The notes: generated by a model from the sequence alone, not told the origin. 64,000 nt of DNA from Nitrosopumilus sp. (GCA_965203315.1 OZ241857.1:1376001-1440000), one strand, 5' to 3'; counted from the first letter of the stretch, positions 41,552 through 52,500 are shown. Made by a program: numbers and translations.

Positions 41552-41628
41552 AGAAATTCACATTGTTAAAAACCATTTAAACTTTGAGACTAATCTAGAA
41601 ATTTACCCTACCTGTAACATGAACCATT

Positions 41629-42636
41629 ATGAACCATTATGACTTTTTTACTAGTCCGATTGGTCTAGGTCATGTCACACGAGATATCGCAATTGCTAAA
41701 AATCTTGATGTTAAACTAGACTTTATCACTGGGAGTGGTGCTGTAGATATGCTGAGAGCAACAGGTTGGAGTGTTCAGGATCGTTACACTCCACCATCTT
41801 TTGTAGTGGAAAACGGGACATTAAAGAGTTCAGCTAGATGGTTATGGAGCTATTATAGATACTACAAAGATTGCAAAAAGATAGCAGCAGATATCTTGGG
41901 GGTACGGCCAGATCTAGTCCTGAGCGATGAGGACTTTGCAGCACTTGTAGTGGCTCAAGAACAAGGAATTCCAACCATTCTGATAACTGACATCTTGGAG
42001 ACTCGTTTTACTAGTGGTGTGGCACAAATGATAGAACGTAAGATGAATCGCACTCTATGTGATATCATCGATCGCTGTGATACGGTAATAATACCCGAGA
42101 ACGGTACCAGTACAGGAAACATAAGACGAGTGGGTCCAATAGTTCGACAGACATCCAAGACTAGAGCCCAAATACGAGAAGAGTTTGAACTAGACAAAAC
42201 CACACTTGTCATAACAGTAGGAGGAACAGATCTGGGAAGATATCTGATCCAAAAGACTTTGGCTGCTGTATCAGAGATAGATCAAGATCTTGATGTTGTG
42301 TTGGTATCTGGTCCTGCAATGAAAGACTTTGATGGTGTTAGGGATCTTGGTTTTGTACCAAATATGCACGAGTTGATCTTTGCAGCAGATCTACTAGTAT
42401 CACTTGCAGGAAGATCAACCATAGATGAAGCGGCAGCATATGGAACACCTGGAATATTCATTCCTATCAGAGATCACTTTGAACAAGAAGATAATGCAAG
42501 ACGATACGGATTCGTGGCAGATGATATATCGAGACTAGCAGAGTTGATACCTGCAGGATTAGAACGTAAACGACTAGCCAAGAGAACAGACGGTGCCAAG
42601 ATAGCAGCAGATATCATAAAACAGTCAAATGCTTAA
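41629..42636 (+). CDS. GT-B glycosyltransferase (GT28/MurG-like)
   Basis: GLGHVTRD, TVGG, AGRSTIDE, HFEQEDNA. Confidence 0.82.
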   Translation: MNHYDFFTSPIGLGHVTRDIAIAKNLDVKLDFITGSGAVDMLRATGWSVQDRYTPPSFVVENGTLKSSARWLWSYYRYYKDCKKIAADILGVRPDLVLSDEDFAALVVAQEQGIPTILITDILETRFTSGVAQMIERKMNRTLCDIIDRCDTVIIPENGTSTGNIRRVGPIVRQTSKTRAQIREEFELDKTTLVITVGGTDLGRYLIQKTLAAVSEIDQDLDVVLVSGPAMKDFDGVRDLGFVPNMHELIFAADLLVSLAGRSTIDEAAAYGTPGIFIPIRDHFEQEDNARRYGFVADDISRLAELIPAGLERKRLAKRTDGAKIAADIIKQSNA

Positions 42637-42639
42637 TAG

Positions 42640-44082
42640 ATGAGACATAAAACTCTAAAAAGTATTATGACAAAGTTGATCGTTGTCAAGTTTGGTGGGA
42701 GCGCAATAGGTCCATTTGGTAGATCCATCCCACAGATAATCAATCGAATAAACAAATTAAGAGAGAATGCAAAAGTACTAGCAGTCTTTTCAGCGCCACT
42801 CACTATCCAAGACAACACGATATACTCCCTGACGGATATAGTCTTACAACAAGGTCATAATGCTGAGCTAGGCATATCGCCTACATTAGATACAGTAAAA
42901 CACACATATCACGAGATCCTAAAGATGGTAGATGAACGATATCAAACCGCATGTAATGATGCGGTGTCTACTCATTTACAATATACTCAAACTGCTCTAG
43001 ATTCTGCTTATGTAAAGCGCGAGTTTGCAGACGAGATCCGCTCAAAAGCACTCGGATTTGCAGGCGAGATTCTAATGTCTCATGTCATGAATTACATACT
43101 GTGTAGTAATGATATCCAATCTGCAACGATAGAGTACAAAGACTGGCCAATCATAACTGACAACAATATCGAGTCAACAAACTTTTTGATCTCCGAGTCT
43201 AGAGAGAGAATGTCAAAATTGTCCGAACTTGTCGCACAAAACGATGTCGTAACTATAGGTGGATTCATAGGCAAGACTGTGGATGGTATCGTAACGACAT
43301 ATGAGCGAGGTGGTTCAGATAGAACTGCTGCTGATCTAGGTATATTATTTCACAAAGAGTATGAGACTAGTATCGATTTTGAGAAGGACAGCTCTGTAGT
43401 ATCTGCTGATCCCAAGATAGTCCATGATCACTTGGCAGATGTAAATCAGCTCTCATATAACGAAGCTAGACTTGCAGGCATGTTTGGAATGAAGATACTA
43501 GATCCGATTGCAATAAAGGAGATCTTGGAGAACGGTGTTGATGTACCAATTACTATAACAAACATGAACAATCCAACTAAAATTACAACGATCAAACGTA
43601 TTTCTACTCAAAATAAAGGACATCCGATAAAGATAGTTGCAGGAAGAGAGAACTGTGCCATACTTCGAATCGAGTCTAGTCTAGTTGACAGACTACTCAA
43701 GTCACTAGATAACGAACGTCGATATAACGAGTTTATAATACTGTCTCCATTCACAAAGGATGGAATCGCATTCTTTAGGATATTATTTTTAGATGGAGAC
43801 TATGTAAAACGTAATGAAAAGTATCTGTTGGGCTTTGACTCGCTTGCAACAATAACGTATAACCGCGGTGTGATAACTTTGATTGGTGATGAGATGTGGC
43901 GTGTTCAACAAGTTGCGTCCAGAACTAGTGCAAAGATAGGTGAATCTGATCTAAACATTCTAAATATGGATGCGCAAGAAGAGACATCTAGAATAATTAT
44001 CATCATAGAGGATGCAGCAGATAATGTAAAACGCGCAATATCTGCAGTACATAAAGAGATATCTGAGATACAATTCATTTAG
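42640..44082 (+). CDS. lysC: aspartate kinase
   Basis: VVKFGGS, ERGGSDRTA, SADPKIV, LSYNEA, ACT-like tail. Confidence 0.88.
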   Translation: MRHKTLKSIMTKLIVVKFGGSAIGPFGRSIPQIINRINKLRENAKVLAVFSAPLTIQDNTIYSLTDIVLQQGHNAELGISPTLDTVKHTYHEILKMVDERYQTACNDAVSTHLQYTQTALDSAYVKREFADEIRSKALGFAGEILMSHVMNYILCSNDIQSATIEYKDWPIITDNNIESTNFLISESRERMSKLSELVAQNDVVTIGGFIGKTVDGIVTTYERGGSDRTAADLGILFHKEYETSIDFEKDSSVVSADPKIVHDHLADVNQLSYNEARLAGMFGMKILDPIAIKEILENGVDVPITITNMNNPTKITTIKRISTQNKGHPIKIVAGRENCAILRIESSLVDRLLKSLDNERRYNEFIILSPFTKDGIAFFRILFLDGDYVKRNEKYLLGFDSLATITYNRGVITLIGDEMWRVQQVASRTSAKIGESDLNILNMDAQEETSRIIIIIEDAADNVKRAISAVHKEISEIQFI

Positions 44083-44127
44083 AGGATAGATGGCGTACAG
44101 GCCTCTTCGCCAGTAGCGCCACAATAG

Positions 44128-45362
44128 CAGTTAACGCAAATGTGCCTCTTCCTCGAGGTGAATGTTTGGTGGTGGCCACATTTCCATAAATTTATTTACA
44201 AATTGTTCAAGTTTCTTTTTAAATCCGTACTGCGAAATTTGTCTGCCATTCACATAAAACATATCATTCTTTTTTCGTGGATTGCGTGCGATTATCCACC
44301 CATTATAAATCGCCGAACTTAGTATATACATGAGTTTTCTCACTCTGTGATCCCTACTTGATGTTTTTAGTTTGAATCTATCAACACTGCGATATCCTGT
44401 TTCGATAATCCATCTCTTTTTGTACTTGTCAATGTTAATTCGTGCATTGTTTGTCGCAAATGCAATATATCCAGACTCGGTTCTAGTACTCTCTTCAATG
44501 ATCATCGAATACTCTGCAGCGAGACCTTTCTTTCGGTTTTTCATCGTGCGTTTTGATACTCGTTTATATTTTCCTTTACCGAATTCTCGAATACATTTTT
44601 TGACTGGAATACTTTCTTTGCAAGGCATGAGATAAGTCAAATGTCTTCTGTTAAACAGATCAATCACTTCTGTTATGCAGAACTCTTTATCTAGTGTGAA
44701 TGTGCCTGGATTTATCCCAAATTTCTTGGCTTTTCCGAGGATTTTACGTATACAATCAACGTTTGTGTCTTCGTCTGACATGCTAAATATTGCAAACACT
44801 ATTGATGACCCGTTGATGGTGATTTGAGCTGTGATGTGTTTTTGATACTGGCATGTCTTCTTGTCAATCTTACCATGATGCAGATAATCACTTTCTGTTT
44901 TATCGAACCTCAGATCCTTGTGTATATCTATTGCAATGTCTTGAACACTAGGCCAACGCCCCTTGCGTTTTAATATTCTAATTTGTTCCTTAACTACCCT
45001 ATCAAACATTGCTGCTGGATCACATTCATTTACCATTTTTATGAATAATGTTCTAACCCATTCACCAGTAGGCATACCATTGTCTTTATTATTATTTGCA
45101 ACATCTGCAATATTTGCTTTTGACATTATCGACTTAAACAAGAGAGAAAAAACTGTAGAAGTACCATACATGGCATTGTAATTTTGTGATATTGGAAAAG
45201 ATATTTCGGTTAACCATTTTGTAATTTTATTATCTTCAATGTATTTTGCAAACTTTCGTTCATATTTTTCAATTTGATTTTGCAATGGTTATTGATTTTT
45301 AATACCCTTTATAGATCTTTCTATTTTTGTTTATAGGTTTAAGATCACATTTGCGTTAACTG
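44128..45362 (-). mobile_element. ISH3-family insertion sequence
   Basis: 17-bp TIR CAGTTAACGCAAATGTG; 5-bp target duplication AATAG (44123-27 / 45363-67). Confidence 0.9.
44131..45285 (-). CDS. ISH3-family DDE transposase
   Basis: IAIDIH, LDKEF, YKKRWIIETGYR. Confidence 0.85.
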   Translation of the reverse strand: MQNQIEKYERKFAKYIEDNKITKWLTEISFPISQNYNAMYGTSTVFSLLFKSIMSKANIADVANNNKDNGMPTGEWVRTLFIKMVNECDPAAMFDRVVKEQIRILKRKGRWPSVQDIAIDIHKDLRFDKTESDYLHHGKIDKKTCQYQKHITAQITINGSSIVFAIFSMSDEDTNVDCIRKILGKAKKFGINPGTFTLDKEFCITEVIDLFNRRHLTYLMPCKESIPVKKCIREFGKGKYKRVSKRTMKNRKKGLAAEYSMIIEESTRTESGYIAFATNNARINIDKYKKRWIIETGYRSVDRFKLKTSSRDHRVRKLMYILSSAIYNGWIIARNPRKKNDMFYVNGRQISQYGFKKKLEQFVNKFMEMWPPPNIHLEEEAHLR

Positions 45363-45450
45363 AATAGGGTTTGTTCTTGGACCATTATCTAGAGTTAGTC
45401 CGGCGTTACCCAAAACACGCGTTACTTTGATTACACTCTACTAGTATATA

Positions 45451-45581
45451 TAGTCACGAGCGGAATTGTTTTCTTGTTTACTCCCGCATATGTGGAGCCA
45501 GAGACGGAATTTACCTCTGGCAGAACACATAACATCAAATTATGATACTGAACACTAGGAAAATTATTGTGTTCACGACTA
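45451..45581. mobile_element. 131-bp IS630-related MITE (family M6)
   Basis: Homologous to 36383-36513; TA flanks. Confidence 0.85.
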
Positions 45582-45605
45582 TAGAGCTGTTCTATATAGA
45601 CTAGG

Positions 45606-45809
45606 TTAGACCCGTTCAGCTACATACCACAATATGATGCCTATTCCGATCACTCCGTACCACTTGAAGTTACGCCTGTGGAGAAATATGTTGGGAGAAC
45701 CTAGTTCATCACCATGTATGCTAGTTCTAATCTTTCGCATCTCAAATGCTTGTCCAACTAGACCTACTACCAAACATGCGATTGCAACAAATCCCAGAGT
45801 CCAGTTCAT
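45606..45809 (-). CDS. small 2-TM membrane protein
   Basis: MNWTLGFVAIACLVVGLVGQAFEMRK...WYGVIGIGIILW; start chosen at MNW. Confidence 0.7.
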   Translation of the reverse strand: MNWTLGFVAIACLVVGLVGQAFEMRKIRTSIHGDELGSPNIFLHRRNFKWYGVIGIGIILWYVAERV

Positions 45810-46021
45810 GATTATATGTGGTCGTGAGTATGATATGTATCTGTGCTTTTTCTGTAACCGTTCATCCCACATGAATCGAAAAGATCTCCCACAACTGAAC
45901 GATTCATGCGTAAATTTTATTAGAAACTATTCATCAAATAACCTGATGAAGTCAATATACGTTATATCCATCATAGCGCCAAGTTTTGTTTCTATAACTA
46001 TGACAAGTTCAATAGCTCAAG

Positions 46022-46612
46022 ATGATGAATGTAATGTATAATTTGTACATAATATTTTTGTTGTCGCTAATTCCAATTGCATTTATGGTCGGGTATTTTT
46101 TCGATCCTGTACATAATAGCATCACAATAAATTCCAGAGACGACTTGAGAGATGTATTAGACGAGATATATGATGAACAGAAACGAACAGGCATATATCT
46201 ATACTATCACGATGTAGAATTCTTGTTGGGGCTTAATGACGATATCGAAAAGATTTCAATCAATTTAGCATCTCCAAACTCTTATCCGATCAAAGAGCCT
46301 TGGGATTATGAGACATGGACGTTTCATTTCTTTGGCAACAAGACAGATCTAGAGTATGTCGCATGGATGAATCAGTTCTTAAATGAGACAGAACCAGAGA
46401 TAGATTTTGACACATGGCAATCTCATTTCTTCAGTGAGCAGGCACCTCCAAATGTAGATTATGCCAAATGGATGTCTTATTTCTTCAACAAGACAGATCC
46501 TAACATCGACGGCAGATCAAAATACATTCACGTAAAGATTTCACCGGGAGAACAGGGTGTGTTGTTGATTCAAAAAGGAAACTGGACATATCGTAATTTA
46601 TCTCTTGAATGA
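46022..46612 (+). CDS. membrane-anchored hypothetical protein with internal Trp/Phe repeats
   Basis: N-terminal TM; four copies of D(Y/F)xxWxxxFF. Confidence 0.6.
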   Translation: MMNVMYNLYIIFLLSLIPIAFMVGYFFDPVHNSITINSRDDLRDVLDEIYDEQKRTGIYLYYHDVEFLLGLNDDIEKISINLASPNSYPIKEPWDYETWTFHFFGNKTDLEYVAWMNQFLNETEPEIDFDTWQSHFFSEQAPPNVDYAKWMSYFFNKTDPNIDGRSKYIHVKISPGEQGVLLIQKGNWTYRNLSLE

Positions 46613-46637
46613 CATATGATCGTCAAGAAAAAAATTC

Positions 46638-46886
46638 AGTTCTTAACTTATCGGGGGAGGTATTTGGAATTTAGGAGATCTCTTGGAAATTTACTGTCGG
46701 TGGCAATCCCACAAACGATTCACAAAGAATTACATATTATTAAATAATTCATCTTTTTTATGTAAATTTTTGATATTTAGAGCATAAATCATGTAATTTT
46801 TTTTAGTTTTTTATCTTGATAATTTTACTGGGAGTATAATTCCACACACACCCCTAAATTCCACATCTCCCGATAAGTTAAGAACC
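46638..46886. mobile_element. MITE (family M7)
   Basis: TIR GTTCTTAACTTATCGGG / CCCGATAAGTTAAGAAC with further imperfect pairing (TGGAATTTAGG). Confidence 0.78.
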
Positions 46887-46956
46887 GAACGACTTTCATA
46901 TCCGGTACAAACTCTCTCTTGGAAAACTCTAAATTAGCGACGATCTTTTAGGTAAT

Positions 46957-47871
46957 ATGAAAGAGGTAGGCAAGATATGGATGAATGGCAAACTAGTTCC
47001 ATTCAAGTCTGCCAAGGTTCATGTACTTACACATGGTTTGCATTATGCAACTGCAATATTTGAGGGCATTAGATGTTACAACACTTTGAAAGGATCTGCA
47101 ATATTCCGACTAGAAGAACATGTAGATCGACTCTTTACATCTGCAAAGTTGTACTCTATGAAGATGCAGTTCTCTAAAAGACAGATCATGGATGGTGTAA
47201 TTAATACTGTAAAGGCGAGCGGTCACAAAGAATGTTACATCCGACCTCTTGCATACTATGGATATGGTACCATGGGACTGACTCCAACACAAAACAAGGT
47301 CGACTTGTCGATATCGTGTTGGGAGTGGAAGATGGGCGAATCAAAAGCAGGCAAGTTTACTGGTGCAAAATGTGAGATATCTAGCTGGATCAAGATCGAT
47401 TCTAGATCACAACCGATGCAAGCAAAGGCAGCATCAAACTATGCAAATGCAGCACTTGCGCGCGTAGAGGCTCTAAACAACGGCTATGATGAAGCTATAA
47501 TGTTAAACTTGCATGGCAAGGTCGTAGAGGGTAGTGCTGAGAATATCTTTATCGTAAAAGATGATCTAGTATATACTCCACCACTATCCTCGGGTTGTCT
47601 TGCAGGAATAACAAGAGACAGCATAATTCAGATAATCGAAGCAAATGGTGGTGGTGTCATCGAGAAAGACTTGGAGCGTGACGATCTGTACATTGCTGAT
47701 GAGATATTCATGACAGGAACTGCAGCGGAAGTAAAGTCTGTCACGCAGATAGATAACGTCAAGATTGGAGATGGCAAGATGGGCAAGAACACAAAGATGC
47801 TACAAAAACTATTCTCAGATGCAGTGATGGGTAGAGACGAGCGATTTCTATCATGGCTAACTTACATTTAA
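46957..47871 (+). CDS. ilvE: branched-chain amino acid aminotransferase
   Basis: LHYATAIFEGIR, YIRP, AKAASNY, EGSAENIF, LAGITR, GTAAEV. Confidence 0.95.
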   Translation: MKEVGKIWMNGKLVPFKSAKVHVLTHGLHYATAIFEGIRCYNTLKGSAIFRLEEHVDRLFTSAKLYSMKMQFSKRQIMDGVINTVKASGHKECYIRPLAYYGYGTMGLTPTQNKVDLSISCWEWKMGESKAGKFTGAKCEISSWIKIDSRSQPMQAKAASNYANAALARVEALNNGYDEAIMLNLHGKVVEGSAENIFIVKDDLVYTPPLSSGCLAGITRDSIIQIIEANGGGVIEKDLERDDLYIADEIFMTGTAAEVKSVTQIDNVKIGDGKMGKNTKMLQKLFSDAVMGRDERFLSWLTYI

Positions 47872-47890
47872 TACTCTAGTTCTCGGTAAG

Positions 47891-48007
47891 GGATCTTTTC
47901 GGTTTATGTGAGATGAATGGTTACAGAAAAAGCGCTACAAGATTCTATAAAGGAAAATTATCGAAAAAGCCTTGTGAAAAGATATCCAATGTAAATCGAA
48001 GAGATCC
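47891..48007. mobile_element. MITE (family M1)
   Basis: Imperfect TIR GGATCTTTTCGGTTTATG / TGTAAATCGAAGAGATCC. Confidence 0.65.
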
Positions 48008-48014
48008 TGCGAGA

Positions 48015-48226
48015 GGTTCTGTTCAATTGACTGGGGCTCTACACTTTACAATTGTGAAATTTGGAATGAAAACATCCTGATTTGTCTCCAATTTTTCTAA
48101 ATTTAGCAAAATAACGAACATTTTTTGCAATCTGTATCAACAACACAAAAATCTAGGATCAATCGGTTATTAGGTAAAACGTCTAAATTCATGAAAACTG
48201 ATAACTCGTGACAATTGAACAGAACT
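48015..48226. mobile_element. MITE with IS6-like ends (M2 termini, different interior)
   Basis: GGTTCTGTTCAATTG...CAATTGAACAGAACT. Confidence 0.75.
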
Positions 48227-48342
48227 CAATAAAACACATCTATAAAAAAGATGGTTACTGCTGTGCTGCAGACTATACCCATTTGTTTGTTTTATTGGGA
48301 GTAACCAATCTATATAGCATACTACTTAATTTAACTATTACT

Positions 48343-48428
48343 GACAGTGTAGTTTAGATCGGTTAGAACGCCCAACTGAAGATTGGGAGCTGTGCTGCAG
48401 CACGAGGGTTCAAATCCCTCCACTGTCG
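48343..48428 (+). tRNA. class II (long variable arm) tRNA with GAA anticodon: Ser-type body, Phe anticodon
   Basis: GACAGTG/CACTGTC, G73, CCCAA-CTGAAGA-TTGGG, variable arm A-GCTG-TGCTG-CAGC-AC, GAGGG-TTCAAAT-CCCTC. Confidence 0.85.
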
Positions 48429-48708
48429 TATATGTCTGGATCCAATAACGTTCAACATTCTATTCGACACTATAAGCCAATCATCAAAAGTGAACATATC
48501 TGTTAACACAAATGTGTGTTTCTTGACAAGTATTCTGACCGTATTTGATATATAGGATCTCTTCGATTTATGCGAAATGGAATTTTGACATAAAAAGTAA
48601 TACACTACTTTGACATGTCAAATGATTAGGCGAACTATTCTTCATATACCGCAGTAGCAGAATAACTCTTACATAATCACTTGATTCATAAATACATGTT
48701 TTGGATAT

Positions 48709-48900
48709 TTGTTGTTGAGTCTCACACCATCTAAATTGAGAGAACCTAGATGCTCTACAAGTACCGCAGACATATGCTGGTTTTGTCACAAAGGTCGTCA
48801 TGATGACTGTATGTTAGAGATCCCTACATATGCAGAGACCGATGGACCACATGACTGTACATTTGACACAAAGATGATTCCATGCAAGTGTCAACACTAG
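48709..48900 (+). CDS. small Cys/His-rich protein
   Basis: CWFCHKGRHDDC...HDC...CKCQH; abuts the next gene. Confidence 0.7.
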   Translation: MLLSLTPSKLREPRCSTSTADICWFCHKGRHDDCMLEIPTYAETDGPHDCTFDTKMIPCKCQH

Positions 48901-49461
48901 GTGTTTTGTATCATGGATGATACATTTTGGGATAGATATGCTCAAGAGAATGAGTCTAGATACAATGTAGAGTTTGCCAAGTTTACAAGAGATCTCGCAG
49001 TATCGCTACACTGTTCTAGCGTACTTGAAATAGGATGTGGCACCGGAATCGATCTACGACTATTTCCAGATACGTTTGAGATGTATGGTCTAGATCCCAA
49101 CCATACGGCGTTATCTATAGCTCGAGAAAAACTACCAAAGGTACGTTTTGAGATAGGTACGATCACAGATCTACCGTTTGACGAATCACAGATCGACTTT
49201 GTCTTTACACATCAGCTACTAAACTATCTAGATGATCATACGCTAGAGTCTGGTATGTCAGAGATGTACCGCGTCGCAGGGCGGTACATAATGAACTGTG
49301 AAAAATTTTCCGAGTCAGAGACACCCATAGATGAACACCACAAGTATCGAGACATGAGAACTAGATGGTCCAACTATAACGTAAAGATCATAAGTAATGT
49401 AAACATGCATAAAGAGATCGAACCTGATGAGGCGAGATTTACGTTAGTCAAAAAATTATGA
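48901..49461 (+). CDS. class I SAM-dependent methyltransferase
   Basis: VLEIGCGTG, DLPF...IDFVFT, EMYRV. Confidence 0.88.
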   Translation: MFCIMDDTFWDRYAQENESRYNVEFAKFTRDLAVSLHCSSVLEIGCGTGIDLRLFPDTFEMYGLDPNHTALSIAREKLPKVRFEIGTITDLPFDESQIDFVFTHQLLNYLDDHTLESGMSEMYRVAGRYIMNCEKFSESETPIDEHHKYRDMRTRWSNYNVKIISNVNMHKEIEPDEARFTLVKKL

Positions 49462-49541
49462 ATCGTACACAATTAATTTAGAATCAATCTCCAAATTACT
49501 AGTCGGTACATTTTAAAACTAGATACAGACGATTCATCTCT

Positions 49542-52500
49542 GTGAGTGATCAAGAGACCAATCAAAAAAAGTTAACCAAAAACTACAAACACTATCAAGA
49601 CAAACTCTTACAAGTCACAAAGCGAAATCGTTCTGTCCTTCTCAAAAGAATTTACACCAAACATAACTTTGATCTAAAACAATTGGATGATCTAAAAGAT
49701 GGCACCGTAAATAAAATACTCTTAAAGGCAATTAAAAATATCAGCGCGTCTATCGATGATAAAATAGACGAAGGCAAGTTACAGAATATTCTCTCGGACT
49801 CGATCGAAGCCGAGTCTGCTGATTCGATGCGATCTAAATTAAACTCTCTAAAGAGAAATCTTGTATTAATTGAAGAAGAGACTGGACAGCAGACCGGTTA
49901 TCTAGGATTTCCGTTTCTCGAAGGTCATATAGATCCAGACTTTTATGTTAGAGGACCAATCGTCTTGTTTCCAATATCGATAGAGTATATCAGACGATCA
50001 AGAAATAGCGGTTGGTTCTTGCGTCTTGAGGATAGACGACCGATACTAAACGGTGCATTGATTGTAGCACTCAAGAAGAGAGGAGGATACACACTACCAG
50101 AAGACTATGAAGAGACGTTTGATGAGATGATCGAGAGTATCCCCAAATCTACAGATCAAAGTACATTCTTTGATATGATAAACGAGTGGGTCAAGACATT
50201 GATCCCTATACAAGACACACTAAATGTACCCGAGAGTGTAAAGCTTGACACATTAAGTAAAGAGAGACTATCGACTCTAGATACACAAAAGTATCATCTG
50301 GTCAACTATACAATAATAGGAAACTTTCCACAAGCAGATAATCAGATATACAAAGACTATAACAAATTGATCGAAGATGCTAATCCAGGCCAAGTAGTAT
50401 CAAATCTATTAGATATTGTAGACGATATCACACATACAGATGAGATCGATGATCCATATACAGACGAGTATGATCCTGATACAAAAATAAACGGCAACGA
50501 TATGCTCCTAAACCTAGCACTCCCAAGTGACTCTAGTCAAGATCAGGTAATTCTAGAATCAAAGAGTTCAGATCTAGTAGTTGTGCGAGGACCGCCAGGC
50601 ACAGGCAAGTCTCAAGTTATAGTAAATCTCGTAACAGATGCATTATGCAACAATAGACGAGTTGCAGTGATATGTCAGAAACGTGCTGCACTCCAAGTCG
50701 TTAAACAGAGATTGGGAAAGATCGGATTAGATCAGTACGTGGTATTTTTAGGAAAAGAGTCAGATGATAGAAGAAAGATGTATCAACAGTTACATGATAT
50801 TATCATGAGAGATCCAGAACCGATATCTAGTTCTGAGAAGACGATTCAAGATATCTCAAATGATATAGACAATTGCATAAAGTACCTAGTAGATATCGGA
50901 ACTGCACTAGTACGAGAGTACGATGGCGCAACTGCACACAAGATATACTCTAAAGCAGATGGCAAGTACAAACGTGTACTAGATATCTCTGATCTCAATC
51001 TAGAGTGGAAAAGGTTGGACAGATACATACAAGATATCGCAGATGTTGAGGATCAGTTTAAAAGATTTGAAGACCAATCTCACCCGTGGTTTGGTAGAAT
51101 AAACTTTACAGATATTGGTATATTGGAGAGAGACGAGATGATAAGAGATCTAGAGTATCTCCTAGAGATCACTCCCAAGTGTATACTTGTACAAGATCAA
51201 AAACTTCAGATACGTTTAGAGTCACTCTTTGACACATATCTCAATGATCCTGGCTTTTTAAAGTTCAGACGGCGAGGAGCAAAAAAGGAGATCAAGAGTA
51301 TAATGTCTCGTGATATTACAGATCAGTTTGTAGCAGAGTCGTTTGACAAGATCAAGAGTGGTATAAAATTTTGGAGGCGATTTGAGAGACTATTAGGGAG
51401 GTTTGGTGATGATAGAGCAGATGTGTTACGATCTCATATAGGTACAGATACTCTGACATCTAGACTTACAAAGATGAGAGAGACACTTGATCAGTTTGAT
51501 GCCATGCAAGAGTTTGATAAAAAAAAGTTGGAATACGACAAATCGATATTTGCACTGTTATCTCAAGCAAAGACTCGTATGAGTATGGACTCTAGCTGGG
51601 CTCCAAATATCAGACAAGAGATATACATACATTGGCTCGCACATATCGAACGAGAGAATCCAATTCTAAAAGGTGAACCTAAAGCCAACTATGAATCACA
51701 TAGAATGAGACTTGCAGAACTGATGGACGAGAAACAAAAGATAGTCATAAAGACCATAACACGAAACATAGTAGGAAGAATAAGACAGAATGATATCTAT
51801 GGACGAAAGACTAGAGCCAATCAAAAGTTAAAAGACTTTGTAACAGAGTTGAAGCGCAAACGCAAAGTGAAACCTGTTAGAAGATTGTTTGAAGAGTACT
51901 CTAAACAGATGTTTCAAATTGCACCCTGCTGGCTGTTGTCACCAGAGATGGTCTCCAAGGTATTTCCATTAGAGAGAGATCTATTTGATCTCGTAATAGT
52001 AGACGAAGCTAGTCAGCTTGCAGTAGAGAGATCCATACCGTTTATTCATAGAGCGAAACATGTGGTTATTGCTGGAGATGAGAAACAACTCTCTCCATTT
52101 GATCTCTTTCAGATCAGTGAAGACGAAGATGAAGACGACGAGATAGTGATAGAAAAGAGTCTGCTAGAACTTGCTAGAACTAGATACAAGACCACCAATC
52201 TCAGTTGGCATTATCGATCCAGGTATCAAGAGTTGATAGACTTTTCAAATCATGCCTTTTACAATGGACTGCTAAACGTTGCACCAAATGTGATGATATC
52301 TCCCCCACGCCCTCCAATTCGATTCATAAAATGTAATGGAGTGTGGGAGAATCGCAGTAATATTGTTGAAGCAGAACGAATAGTAGACGAGATAAAGAGT
52401 ATCTTGAGGAACAGCAGAGATCTGGGAGAGGAGTATCCATCGATCGGCGTTATAACCTTTGGTGATGAACAACGTGATATAATAGACGATAACATCAACA

